Of a stretch of 64,000 nucleotides of DNA, positions 42,530 through 55,488 are shown piece after piece. Each line of letters begins with the position of its first letter. Position 1 is the stretch's first letter. The notes below the pieces were generated by a model. It did not search any database, was not told where the DNA came from, and saw only the letters and a program-made list of their open reading frames with translations. Both the position numbers and the translations under genes were made by a program. Source of the DNA: Octopus vulgaris (Eukaryota); NCBI GenBank assembly GCA_951406725.2, contig OX597838.1, forward strand, positions 18,228,001 through 18,292,000, written 5' to 3'.

Positions 42530-43545
42530 TCATACAATGTCAGATTTTTTCCGTGATGTGATCAACCTGGTGCGCTTTTGAACAAGTGTCAGAAGACGCG
42601 GCGCCCACCGAGCAGAAAATTTTGTTATGCCAAGTTCATTGCACAGAATATTCTCCACTCTCTCACGGGATATGCTAACAGGATTGTCTATTTGATTTAT
42701 AGCCAATCGCCTGCCATCTGCCCCCATGTGGTGAATACGATCAATATTTTCCTCGGTGGTGGCAACTGCAGGCCATACAGAAGTTGGGTCATCTTCCTGA
42801 CTCTCCATCTTCCTCCTAAATTCAGCCCCACTTTTGCACTGTTAATAAAGCTGGTGCGTCATCCCCTAATGTAGAATCACTCCGTCGGTTACGACGAGGA
42901 GGGTTCCGGTTGATCCGAATCAACGGAACAGCCTGCTCGTGAAATTAACGTGTAAGTGGCTGAGCACTCCACAGACACGTGTACCCTTAACGTAGTTCTC
43001 GGGAATATTCAGCGTGACACAGAGAGTGACAAGGCCGGCCCCTTTGAAATACAGGCACAACAGAAACAGGAAGTAAGAGTGAGAGAAAGTTGTGGCGAAA
43101 GAGTACAGCAGGGATCACCACCATCCCCTGCCGGAGCCTCGTGGTTCTTTAGGTGTTTTCGCTCAATAAACACTCATAACGCCCGGTCTGGGAATCGAAA
43201 CCGCGATCCTACGACCGCGAGTCCGCTGCCCTAACCACTGGGCCATTGCGCCTCCACTGGGCATTGCGCCTCCTAATGTAGAAAGCATATCAGTATGAAT
43301 GTCCTTTAGGGCTAAACCCTTTCTCTGCAGATACTTGGTAACACTGCAATGCGAAATTTTTTATCGATTTTGAAGGGAAGTCGCTACTAGTTACATTTCA
43401 AGCCTTCTTTGACCAGTCAGATATCAGTTTACGTTGACAGAAGCAATGCAGTCGTTAATAAGTGAAGCTGGAATTAATGCATGTGAGATTTCACAGCTCT
43501 AGCGTCATGCCTTCACAGCCTATGAACTTTTCAGCTCACCCTCAT
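42530..43545 (-). mobile_element. Decayed mariner 5' half interrupted by a SINE
   Basis: Translation ...ISRERVENILCNELGITKFSARWAPRLLT resembles the WVPxxL motif. TIR-like gaacttttcagctcaccctc near 43524-43543. Confidence 0.75.
42873..43257 (-). mobile_element. SINE family B inserted in a mariner remnant
   Basis: Near-identical to 18988; cctaatgtagaa repeated on both sides. Confidence 0.92.
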
Positions 43546-43574
43546 GTTATGTACACACACACACAAAGGCATAT

Positions 43575-44158
43575 CCTTTTCTACTCTAGGCACAAGACCC
43601 GACATTTTTGGGGAAGGAGCCAGTCGATTAGATCGACCCCAGTACGAAACTGGTACTTAATTTATCGACCCTGAAAGGATGAAAGGCAAAGTCGACCTCG
43701 GCGGAATTAGAACTCGGAACGTAAAGACAGACGAAATATATATTTCTTTACTACCCACAAGGGGATAAACACAGAGGGGAGAAACACAAGGACAGACAAA
43801 GGGATTAAGTCAATTATATCGACCCCAGTGCGTAACTGGTACTTAATTAATCGACCCCGAAAGGATGAAAAGCAAAGTCGACCTCGGCGGAATTAGAACT
43901 CGGAACGTAAAGACAGACGAAATATATATTTCTTTACTACCCACAAGGGGCTAAACACAGAGGGCACAAACAAGGACAGACAAAGGGATTAAGTCGATTA
44001 TATCGACCCCAGTGCGTAACTGGTACTTAATTTATCGACCCCGAAAGGATGAAAGGCAAAGTCGACCTCGGCGGAATTTGAACTAGGAACGTAACGGCAG
44101 ACGAAATACGGCTACGCATTTCGCCCGGCGTGCTAACGTTTCTGCCAGCTCGCCGCCT
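43575..44158 (-). mobile_element. SINE family C trimer, last body with a different tail
   Basis: Same architecture; flanks acacaaaggcatatc / acacagaagcatatc. Confidence 0.9.
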
Positions 44159-44715
44159 TCACACAGAAGCATATCAACAGCTTAGTTGCCCTAGTGATCG
44201 ACCTCGAATTTAAACCACTTTTTACTCTGTTAGATTGTATCAACTGAGTCAATTTCGACGTTGTTTTACCGTATTCGTTTCTTAATTCAGATCTTTCAAG
44301 AAAGCTTAATCATATTATAATGTTTTCCTAAAGTAACAGAGTCATAACGATTTAAAGGCGATATCAGGCGTTACCGTCGATCCGATTTGTCTGATTTTGC
44401 TTCATAAGTTTTTGTTTTTTTTTTGTTTTCACTGCATCAGTTTAGACGAGGCTTTCCTAATTCGATTTCTCTTATTAAGATCTTTGGTTTAAGTGGAGCT
44501 AAAACACAAAAAATAAAGAAATAAGGAAACCGTACTGCTTAGAATTTGCATCCATGCATTACTCCCCGATTTTTTAGCACATTTTATCGAAATTTTTGTT
44601 TTATTTAACAAATTTTCTATTTAAAATGTAGTGGAGCATAGGTCCTTTTTGCAATGAACTTGCCGACATTAAATTTGGTCCAAAATTGAATTAGCTAGAA
44701 GGCAGTCTTAAGTAA

Positions 44716-44932
44716 AGAATGGTTGCATACTGTCAATCTAACAAGAACGTGACAGTAGGGGGTACACCACCGCTGTATAGCCCTAGGAAGCATCGAACGC
44801 CTCCTGATGGCTTTGACACATTTTTCCCTGTGTCAAAGCCATCAGGAGGCGTTCGATGCTTCCTAGGCTATACAGCGGTGGTGTACCCCCTACTGCCACG
44901 TTCTTGTTAGATTGACAGTATACAACCATTCT
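44716..44932. repeat. Near-perfect inverted repeat (~104-bp arms, 8-nt loop)
   Basis: 44716-44820 vs 44829-44932: 2 substitutions and one 1-nt indel; loop tttttccc. Confidence 0.97.
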
Positions 44933-45331
44933 ATCGCCCCACCACCGTACATGTCTCTACGAGAGATTTAGAAATTCAATATTTCTTATATAGTCTTAAG
45001 TAAACATTGACCCTAAGAATAATTTTCACCACGGCCGTGGATGTATGCTAAGTAAGTTGTACTTTGAAGACTTATGGAATATAATAGGAATAAAATCAGA
45101 AGGCGATAACAACGCAGGTTAAACCAAACTTTTATAAAATAGCAATAACACAGATATTGAGATGTTATCTTAAATCAGATATTTTTTTTCGAAAATTTCC
45201 TTTATAAAGGATTTTGAAGAGCTGGAGAAAGGACGAGAGAGAGAGAAATAAATAATTTCTATTGGCGCACCGAACATATGTTCCCATTGTGTTTGCGTGT
45301 CGAATCCTCATGTGTGATATTTAAATAACTA

Positions 45332-45494
45332 TAGGCGCAGGAGTGGCTGTGTGGTAAGTAGCTTGCTTAACAACCACATGGTTCCGGGTTCAGTCCCACT
45401 GCGTGGCACTTTGGGCACGTGACTTCTACTATAGCCTAGGGCCGACCAAAGCCTTGTGAGTGGATTTGGTAGACGGAAACTGAAAGAAGCCCGT

Positions 45495-45573
<79 letters not shown>

Positions 45574-45777
45574 CTGTGTTTGCCCCCACAACATCACTTG
45601 ACAACCGATGCGGGTGTGCTTAGGTCCCCGTAACTTAGCGGTTCGGCAAAAGAGAACGATAGAATAAGTACTAGGCTTACAAACAATAAGTCCTGGAATC
45701 GATTTGCTTGACTTAAAGGCACTGCTCCAAAATGGCCACAGTCAAATGACTGAAACAAGTAAAAGAGTAAAAGAGTA
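45332..45777 (+). mobile_element. SINE family A (other partial copies: 6380-6540 +, 12297-12428 +, 19833-19912 -, 27350-27507 -, 53918-54070 +)
   Basis: Matches the consensus. Confidence 0.9.
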
Positions 45778-46354
45778 ACCACGTATGTGATATTTTAGAA
45801 TTCCTGCTCTGTAAATTTTGTTCTGTGAGATATCAGTGTCATGGGGAGGAGTAATTAGGTCAAGTATTAATCTAAAAGCAATAATGGTTAACAGCAATGT
45901 CCTGGTTCATGTTCCTGCAATTTCAAATGTTATTCTGAAAGACGATGCACCTGTTTTGAGATTTTTTGAATCGGGTATGTGATAGTCGAATCGTACCCCT
46001 GATGTAACAATCGTCGCATTTGGCACGCTAAATCCAATGCAGGTACCCTAGAATATGTCGGTGTTGCAAATGAGTTAGTGGCCCCGCGTGCGTAAGATCT
46101 TGTTATTGGGGAATCCTTTTTCCAATAAAATTTCCGATAGGGGTAAGTCGATTACATCAACCCCAGTATAAGAAAGAATGAAAGATAAAGTGCACCTCAG
46201 TGGAATTTAGACTCAGAATGTAAAGATGGACAAAATGTCGCTGAGCATTTGCCTGATGTCGCAACCTTGCTGCCAGCGTGCCGCCTTTTTTCTTAATGTA
46301 AGATTGGGTTTAGTAAAGAGACTTATAGATTTAACATTACTGGATGTTGAAAAT

Positions 46355-46738
46355 GGAAGCACTCCGTCGGTTACGACGACGAGGGTTCCGGTTGATCCGA
46401 ATCAACGGAACAGCCTGCTCGTGAAATTAACGTGTAAGTGGCTGAGCACTCCACAGACGCGTGTACCCGTAACGTAGTTCTCGAGGATATTCAGCGTGAC
46501 ACAGAGAGTGACAAGGCCGGCCCCTTTGAAATACAGGTACAACAGAAACAGGAAGTAAGAGTGAGAGAAAGTTGTGGTGAAGGAGAACAGCAGGGATCAC
46601 CACCATCCCCTGCCGGAGCCTCGTGGAGCTTTAGGTGTTTTCGCTCAATAAACACTCACAACGCCCGGTCTGGGAATCGAAACCGCGATCCTACGACCGC
46701 GAGTCCGCTGCCCTAACCACTGGGCCATTGCGCCTCCA
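46355..46738 (-). mobile_element. SINE family B
   Basis: Near-identical to 42873; TSD tgttgaaaat at 46345 and 46740. Confidence 0.92.
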
Positions 46739-47251
46739 CTGTTGAAAATAGAGATTTTAAGATTAGCAAATTTGAGGTCAAGTTTGTGATCGATGGAAGC
46801 GAGTGGAGTGGATCGAGTGCGCTGTCTGGGTGATAGATAAGGAATCTAGTGGCATGCTGGTAATAGAGACGGGATTCTCGTAGAGTTGTTAGGTACAGCT
46901 ATCCATTTGAGTTGATTGAACGTTCGGCTTCAGCACACGTTGGCTCAATATTGATTTTTTCAGTTTGTAGTCGAGTTCTTGTGTCGGAATACATTTCGTG
47001 CCGGAACAGAAAAGTTCTAGTTCTGATGAGATTTCGCGATTCTTAATAGCGGTAATGGTTTAAGGCGGCGAGCTAGTAGAATCGTTAGCATACCGGGCAA
47101 AACGCTTAGCCACATTTCTCCCGTCTTTACGTTCTGAGTTCAAATCCCGCCGAGGTTGACTTTGCCTTTCATCATTTCGAAGTCAATAAAATATACCAAC
47201 TGAACACTGGGGTCGATATAATCGGCTTAACCCCGTCACCCGAATTCACTG

Positions 47252-47385
<134 letters not shown>

Positions 47386-47466
47386 GGCCAGCTAGCAGAA
47401 TCGTTCGCATACCGGGCACGAACACTTTTTTCTCTCCTTCTTTCTGTGTTTTTCTCTCTCCGTGTA

Positions 47467-47503
47467 TCTTTCTGTTGAAGAGCGTAGGCTCAAACGTTAA
47501 AGA
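47467..47503 (+). ncRNA. Degenerate minimal hammerhead motif
   Basis: tcttt-CTGTTGA-A-gagc-gtag-gctc-AAA-cg-TT-aaaga; A6>U and G12 lost. Confidence 0.4.
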
Positions 47504-47625
47504 CTTGTTTTATTTATATTACCTGAGCGCCATACTAATACAATTGTTCGTTTGTTTTCCACCTGCCTTCGTCTTTTGTTTATTTTCATAAAGCTTCCCG
47601 TTATATATATATATATATATGTATG

Positions 47626-47708
<83 letters not shown>

Positions 47709-47879
47709 CCTATAATGCATCTCCAAGTAGTGATCTGTTTTGTGTTCTGATAGATTATTTATTGAGGGTGTGAATGGTATATCGCAGTTAAGGAAAGGCA
47801 GCGACAGTGTCCAAAAGTCACTGTTCAAAATGCACCACGTGATACCACAAGAGCGTACGAAAATGACTTAACAGTAACT

Positions 47880-48290
47880 TTTGGCCGTAATAGCTTAGTA
47901 CGCAATACCGTCGCTCGTGCTGAACTGTATTTAAGGGCATGGCTTTCGTCAGTTAGCGTAGTCTCTTTGATATATTTATTCGAATCAGGATGTTGCTGGA
48001 AGATTTGATATGTATAGGGCTGTTGAATACTTGGCATTTATATCTTGAATAATTTCTAGAACTTGCCTTTGTGGGGCTGTCTGTTGATGAAGAATAATAA
48101 TTGCTTTGCTATACAGGTGAGGCTTGTTTGCATAATAGATAGTTGAATCGCATTGCGTTTATCTCCCTTGTGCGTCTTTTGTTAGTTTTGTAGGGCCGTC
48201 TATCAAACGATTTACAACCTGTTTGTATCTGACCAGATCTTGAAACTAATTCTCTGTTAGACATGCGTAATATTTCTCAAATACCAACTG
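47880..48290 (-). mobile_element. Possible decayed Penelope-like element 3' region
   Basis: Degenerate CTGACGA-aag...ctt-aaa motif near 47952-47925, downstream of a decayed coding-like stretch; GIY-YIG similarity only suggestive. Confidence 0.25.
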
Positions 48291-48727
48291 TAAATGAAAA
48301 TAACTTGTTCAACTGATCGTGGCTTTAAAGAAGCAAGATCCTGTATGCTTTATATACTTACATGCATACATAAACACATACATACATACATACATGCATG
48401 CATACATGTATACATGAATGCATACATGCATAATATATAATACATACACATTACAGAAGAGAGTTATTTAGTAAAAAGTAAAAAGAAAAAAGTACACCGA
48501 GGGAAACAGAGATAAACTACACAAACACACACAAGTACACGTACACAAAATACACACACAAATAAGCGTATATTCATATATACATGCTTATTACAATCTA
48601 TATAAGAACGTGTGTAAATAACTGCATATATATATATATACGTATGTATGTATATATGTATATGGAATTTATATGTGTGTGTAAATATTGAAATGTGTCT
48701 GTACTCTATATAAATATATATATATAC

Positions 48728-48773
<46 letters not shown>

Positions 48774-48866
48774 TATATGCACACGTACACACACATATGT
48801 ATGTATGTATGCACGTAAGGATTTATGTATGGAAGGCTGGATAGATGGATGGATGTTTGTACTTAC

Positions 48867-48897
<31 letters not shown>

Positions 48898-49578
48898 TGT
48901 ATGTATGTATGTATGTATGTATGTATGTGTGTGTGTGTGTGGGAGTGCGTGTGTGTGTGTGTATATATACTTCGTGTTATTTACGATAACAACTACCAAA
49001 CTCTAGATCACAAGAAGTCTTTAATGTAAATACTGCCATATTTTTTTTCTGTTTTTTTTTTTCATAAACTAAAAGCATCAATACATTGTATTGAAATCAA
49101 ATGTTGAAAATAATTTCCTTTTATCTCGAAATAACTTTGCTGCAATATTTTGGCTGCAGTTTGGCAAAGCTTAAAGACATAAATTGTCAGTGAAATTTGT
49201 GGAAGAAGAAAAAATATGAAGCAAAGGTATTTCGTAGTCACAGCTGGATTACTTTTGATAACATGCCAGTTGCCAGTTCGATACGTATTCAGTTGGCAGT
49301 AAATGACATCAATAAAAACAAACAAAACCACCAATAAATAACAGTACTATGTTACACGACAACGTGTTTGTCAGTTAACTCCTACATTGTCCGTTTGATC
49401 TGCTAGAAAGAGTAGCCAAATGTTTCTCGATAGGAAGGACGAATTTCATTATGCTGTCTTTTGATTCACCACATCGAAATATAAACTGAGTAAATTTGGT
49501 TTTGGCTGTTTGAATTCAAGATGATTGCTATTTCACGACAATGTAAATTCGTAATAAATTGACAATAATGGCAACATG

Positions 49579-49679
<101 letters not shown>

Positions 49680-49867
49680 GTGTGTGTGTGTGTGTGTGCA
49701 TGTGTCTGTATACATGTATTCATATATATAAATTTGTGTGTGTAAATATGTATTTATGTATGCATATATATATATAGTTACATACATACAAACAAATTCA
49801 CACATATATACACATAGAAATATGCATACATATAAAAATTTATAAACATGTATATATACACATATAC

Positions 49868-49910
<43 letters not shown>

Positions 49911-50105
49911 TACAAATTCACACACACACACACATACATATATATTCTACCAAATATATACGTTTTTGTTATTATTTTGCAATTTATTTAATCATCGGTA
50001 TATTATTGTTATTTCAATTTTAATATTTCTATTATATGTCATTTTCTAGATGGTGTAATTTAATTGTTCATTTTGAATTGATAAAAGGTGTTTTTTTTTT
50101 TCTAA

Positions 50106-50149
<44 letters not shown>

Positions 50150-50187
50150 CATACACACATACACATACACGCACACACATACACACA

Positions 50188-50233
<46 letters not shown>

Positions 50234-50335
50234 ATACAAAATGGGACGGGAACGCAAAACATCCGGACAACCAGGCGACAAAAATGGGACAACACAAAAC
50301 ATCCAGACAGACGATACAAAGAAAACAAGAACAGG

Positions 50336-50384
<49 letters not shown>

Positions 50385-50446
50385 CATATCCATTCACACA
50401 TATATACACATACACACACACAGACACAGACACACACAGACACACA

Positions 50447-50497
<51 letters not shown>

Positions 50498-50934
50498 TGT
50501 GTGTGTGTGTGTGTGTGTCTGTGTTTTGAACCTGGTTTATATACTACTATATATATATATATGATATATAAACATTTGTATATATATATATATATATATA
50601 TGTTTATATATATATATATATATACAAATGTTTATACATACATATATGTTCATGCACACATGTATATGCTTACAAAAGAGTATGTTTTACGTACGAGGTG
50701 AAGTATATAGAAACCAGGTTCAAAAAATGCACTTGGAAACTTTTAAGTCTTTAAGTAGATTTGTTTACGTTTACTTAACTGCGTCTACAATTTCATGATA
50801 TTTAAAAATATTGCGAGGTGCAGGAACCTGGAGGTACGCTGTATTTGCCTCGGTTTTCTCTCAGCGTATTCACATCCAAATGATGTAGTTCGTCAACTAA
50901 AGAGTAAGTTATTTATTTTATTCTTTTGTTTTTC

Positions 50935-51374
50935 TTTAAATTTGCTTCAGTCATTTGACTGCGGCCATGCTGGAGCACCGCCGTTAGTCGACAAATCGAC
51001 CGCAGAATTTATTCTTTTCTAAGCAGAGTACTTATTCTATCGTTTTTTCTTTTGCCGAACCGCTAAGTTACGGGGACGTAAACACACCAGATTCGGTTGT
51101 CAAACGATGGTGGTGGGGAGGGGCAAAGACAGACACACCACTACTTTATTATCTCCCCGTCACCCTAGCTCTCCCGTGTGACTCTTCTGTCCGGCATCGC
51201 TAGCCACTACACATTCTTTATTTTCTCTCCTTGTTTCTTTCTATGTTCCTTTCTGTAGAAGAGCGTAGGCTCGAAACATTAAAGACTTTTTCACTTCCCG
51301 AGCGTTATACTAATACATCTGTTTGTTGTCTACACCGCCCGTTTTCGTCATTTGTTTTTTTTTTTGTGAATTCT

Positions 51375-51415
<41 letters not shown>

Positions 51416-51567
51416 ACGGGCTTCTTTCAGTTTCCGCCTACCAAATTAACTCACAAGTCTTTGGTCGGCCCGAGGCTATGGTAGAAGACACTTGCCCAAG
51501 GTACCACGCAATGGGACTGAACCCGGAACCATGTGGTTGTTAAGCAAGCTACATACCACACAGCCAC
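50935..51567 (-). mobile_element. SINE family A interrupted in its central microsatellite by a hammerhead-bearing insert
   Basis: 3' half 50935-51138, 5' half 51415-51567; the insert between them is homologous to 47420-47600. Confidence 0.8.
51249..51284 (+). ncRNA. Degenerate minimal hammerhead motif, sister of 47467
   Basis: cttt-CTGTAGA-A-gagc-gtag-gctc-GAAA-ca-TT-aaag. Confidence 0.4.
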
Positions 51568-52009
51568 GTCATTGAAATCGTACTTCCCTCTCTTGTGATA
51601 CAAGTTTCATGCCGCTGCAATCTTCCATCAAGTATTGTTTTATATTCTGTTCGTTCTTATTTTGGCTCCCTAGACCAATGGTTCCCTACCCCTTTGTTTA
51701 AATAAGTTCTCCCAGGTTGGGAACGACTGCCCTAGACGAAAAATTCAACATTGTATGTTCGAATACTGTGTATAAGAATATAATTTGGTTCGTTTTATGG
51801 AACATGTACTTGTTTATAATAGTCCAAAACGAAAAAAATACCCAACAGAATTCTTCGTAGATAATTCGAGTGGCTCCAAAAATTATCAGGAATCTGTGAC
51901 GCTATCGTTATAAGTAATAAGATAAGTGTTGGTGATAAGTACAGCAGATAGCTAGCACGACAAAATGAATAAAAAAAAATTAGAGATTTTCATATTGATG
52001 AACAAATTA

Positions 52010-52103
52010 TAAAAATTGATGCTATCGAATTATTTTCTAAACGAATATGAAATAAAAATTGATGCTATCGAATTATTTTCTAAACGAATATGAAATAAAA
52101 ATT
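52010..52103. repeat. Perfect 43-bp tandem duplication
   Basis: taaaaattgatgctatcgaattattttctaaacgaatatgaaa x2.2. Confidence 0.95.
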
Positions 52104-52544
52104 ATTTGGAGGAGAAAGATAATTGTAACTTGAAATTACTGGTGCCGTAGCATTCTCAAGAAAATACCGCAGTATTGTGGCTTTCTTACACTACCTCTAC
52201 GTTATGTAAGATATGCAGATTACTAGGAAATGATAATGCCTCTGTAGTAAATAATGAATTTACCGAATATATGATTTATAAACATTCCATGTGCTTGGCC
52301 GGAGTGAATAGATGTCTGTTCGTCTTCGCTAGGTAAGGTTGGTGGTTTATTTATGATGTGTTCAGAATCAGTTCTGCTGATGATCATAGACGTAAGTTAA
52401 ATGTGAAATCACGGTGATACAGAACTAAATTCATTTTTTTTAAATGTCTTGCTTTGAAGAACTGCATTAGGTATGATTAGTGTAATTTTGGTAGTAATGA
52501 CTTTGTCCCTCTTAGTGTGAGGCATTTATGTGTAATAATGCCCT

Positions 52545-52616
<72 letters not shown>

Positions 52617-52746
52617 AAAAAAGGTAAATTAAATTAATTAAACAATCAATTAATTAATAATTTCACCAAGTAGATCGGCACGTTAAAATAACCTTTATAG
52701 GTAAAAATTATACAAATATTTTATAATTATAAACATAATCATAATT

Positions 52747-52805
52747 ACTATACTGAAGAGAGAAGTAAATTTTAAATCACTTTAATCTCGAAGCGCGTAT
52801 ATAGT
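52747..52805 (+). ncRNA. Minimal type-I hammerhead ribozyme motif (A15.1>G variant) in a Penelope-like remnant
   Basis: actata-CTGAAGA-gaga...tctc-GAAG-CGCG-TA-tatagt: 6-bp stem I, 4-bp stem II, palindromic CGCG in stem III. Confidence 0.7.
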
Positions 52806-52982
52806 TAATCCTGATCGTGTTGATTCATTGTTATTCTCTTTGCCTTCGTAAAAAGTATGTTACCATCATGGAGATTCTTATAGTAGTAGAAAAGGAATTT
52901 TAACTCTTATTTCTAAATTCGGTATGTGGTGAAGCAATTAGCTGAACCCTAATTATAATTATGTTTATAATTATACAATATT

Positions 52983-53114
<132 letters not shown>

Positions 53115-53227
53115 TAGTTATAGATATAGATAGATCGAGAGAGAGAGAGAGAGAGAAATAAATAAAGAAAGAAAGAAAGAGTTTGCAATATAAATCAATG
53201 TAAAAAAGAAAATTATAGGTGACTTAC

Positions 53228-53370
53228 TTGATGTCAGATATTTTGCGATGTTTCGTTTCAGATGGGTCGATATGAATGTTTTTCCCACCCATAGCAAACC
53301 GTTCAAGGAAGGAATCCGGCCTGTGTATGGGTTGAGTTTTCACACCACCTGATGCCCACATCTTGATATA
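53228..53370 (-). CDS. CNGA: CNGA N-terminal exon: YIKMWASGGVKTQPIHRPDSFLERFAMGG...ISDIK
   Basis: Contains the CNGA N-terminal motif RPDSFLERF. Acceptor tgtttcag, donor AA|GTAAGT (phase 2) joins the G of the next exon to give K-YWHG in frame across a ~24 kb intron. Confidence 0.9.
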
Positions 53371-54189
53371 CTGAAACAGAATGAAAGCGAAAACATTACA
53401 CTTTCGTAGATATATTACAGTGTGTAACAAAATGTTTTTTTTCCTTCTTTTTTATTTTGTCTTTGGTCAGTAAGTATTATTTCCTATTTCCTATTTCCTT
53501 CTATTCAGAAATCAAACGAAATGACCACTATTCCCGCTAAACTTTGCTTTTCTGACTTAGACATCAATCTTTTAAAACTGACCTATTTTTCCATTACATT
53601 TCAGACAGATTCAGCGCTAAGTTGCTGAAGCAGAAATATCGTTATATCACAGACTTGCTTGTCAGTTGCTTGACCTTAACCACTTGAGCATGTCCTCAGT
53701 GGCTGACAATATGTGCATCTCTGATGATGAGCAGGAGTAGTGGGGGAGCATCATAACCATGTGTTGAGAGGGATTCTTTGGGGCGTGAATAAATGTAACA
53801 GATGCAAAGTTTGAAGGAAATATCGGCCATTTTTCATACTTTTTAGGGGAAAGCAAATAGGAAATAACATCTGCTACCCAAGGACAAAAATCGTCTTATA
53901 CAGGGTTATAACGCACTTTTAGCGGTTCGGCAAGAGAGACCGATAGAATAAGTACTATGTTTACAAAGAATAAGTCCTGGGGTCGATTTGCTCGACTAAA
54001 GGCGGTGATCCAGCATGGCCGCAGTCGAATGACTGAAACAAGTAAAAAAAAAAGTAAAAGAGTAAAAGAGATTAGACACACGCAGGAAAATTGAGTATCT
54101 ACGCCTACTTTCTTTGTCTGGAATCAAACACAGGAGCCCTAGTTTCCACAGAAATCGAATTTAATCAACTTCAGTTTATCAGAAACTCT

Positions 54190-54222
<33 letters not shown>

Positions 54223-54512
54223 TTTTCAAAACAAACAATAATAATCAAACGAAAACAAAAAAGAAAAAGAAAAATGAAAAAATGCCCCCCGAAACGAAAC
54301 ACCGAACTATTTTTTCACAGAGAACCCTGTGTCAGATTACGCGCCGAAATATCCCCCACCCCACCCCCCTCTCAACCAAATGTCGATGAAGACGGCTGAG
54401 CTCTTGGAGATTATTGGGACATCTATTGCTGTTTATCCGACCTTTGAATGGCAAAATATTAATCAATGTCTGAAAGCGATAAAACAAATGATGACAAAAC
54501 AAAAAATGCAAT

Positions 54513-54561
<49 letters not shown>

Positions 54562-54915
54562 CAGAATATCTGTTAGAGACCAGTACTAAAACTGTGTTAA
54601 TTCTGGATTATCGTTAATCCGTCTAAGACGTTTCAACTCCGAACCTTTCCACTGTCTTTTTAGTTTTTTTTTTTTTTTTTTACCTTGCTTTTATTTATTT
54701 ATTTATTTATTTATTCATTTATTTATTTTTCCTTGTAGATACTTTTATATGTTTTTTTTTGTGTGTGCGGTGGTGGTGGTCGTGGTGGGGCTATGTTGTT
54801 TGCAGAATATATTAAAGTGAAAACAGTAGAATGGTGAAATTAATTGTATGCGCTAATTCTGCGTCTATGGCCTTTAGGTTCAAATCCTTACTGAAGCAAA
54901 TCACGTCGGGTTTTC

Positions 54916-55488
54916 TTATTTCTTTACTGCCCACAAGGGTCTAAACACAGAGGGGACAAACAAGGACAGACAAACAGATTAAGTCGATTATATCGACCCC
55001 AGTGCGTAACTGGTACTTATTTAGTCGATCTCGGCGGAATTTGAACTCAGAATGTAACGGCAGACGAAATACCTATTTCTTTACTATCCACAAGGGGATA
55101 AACATAGAGGGGACAAACAAGGACAGACAAATGGATTAAGTCGATTATATCGACCCCAGTGTGTAACTGGTACTTATTTAATCGGTCCCGAAAGGATGAA
55201 AGGCAAAGTCGACCTCGGGGGAATTTGAACTCAGAACGTAGCGGCAGATGAAATACCTATTTCTTTACTACCCACAAGAGGCTAAACACAGAGAGGACAA
55301 ACAAGGACAGCCAAACGGATTAAGTCGATTATATCGACCCCAGTGCGTAACTGGTACTTATTTAATCGACCCCGAAAGGATGAAAGGCAAAGTGGATCTC
55401 GGCGGAATTTGAGCTCAGAACGTAGCGGCAGACGAAATACCGCTAAGCATTTCACCCGGCGTGCTAACGTTTCTGCCAGCTCGCCGCC
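54916..55488 (-). mobile_element. SINE family C trimer
   Basis: Same architecture; the last body has an internal deletion. Confidence 0.9.
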
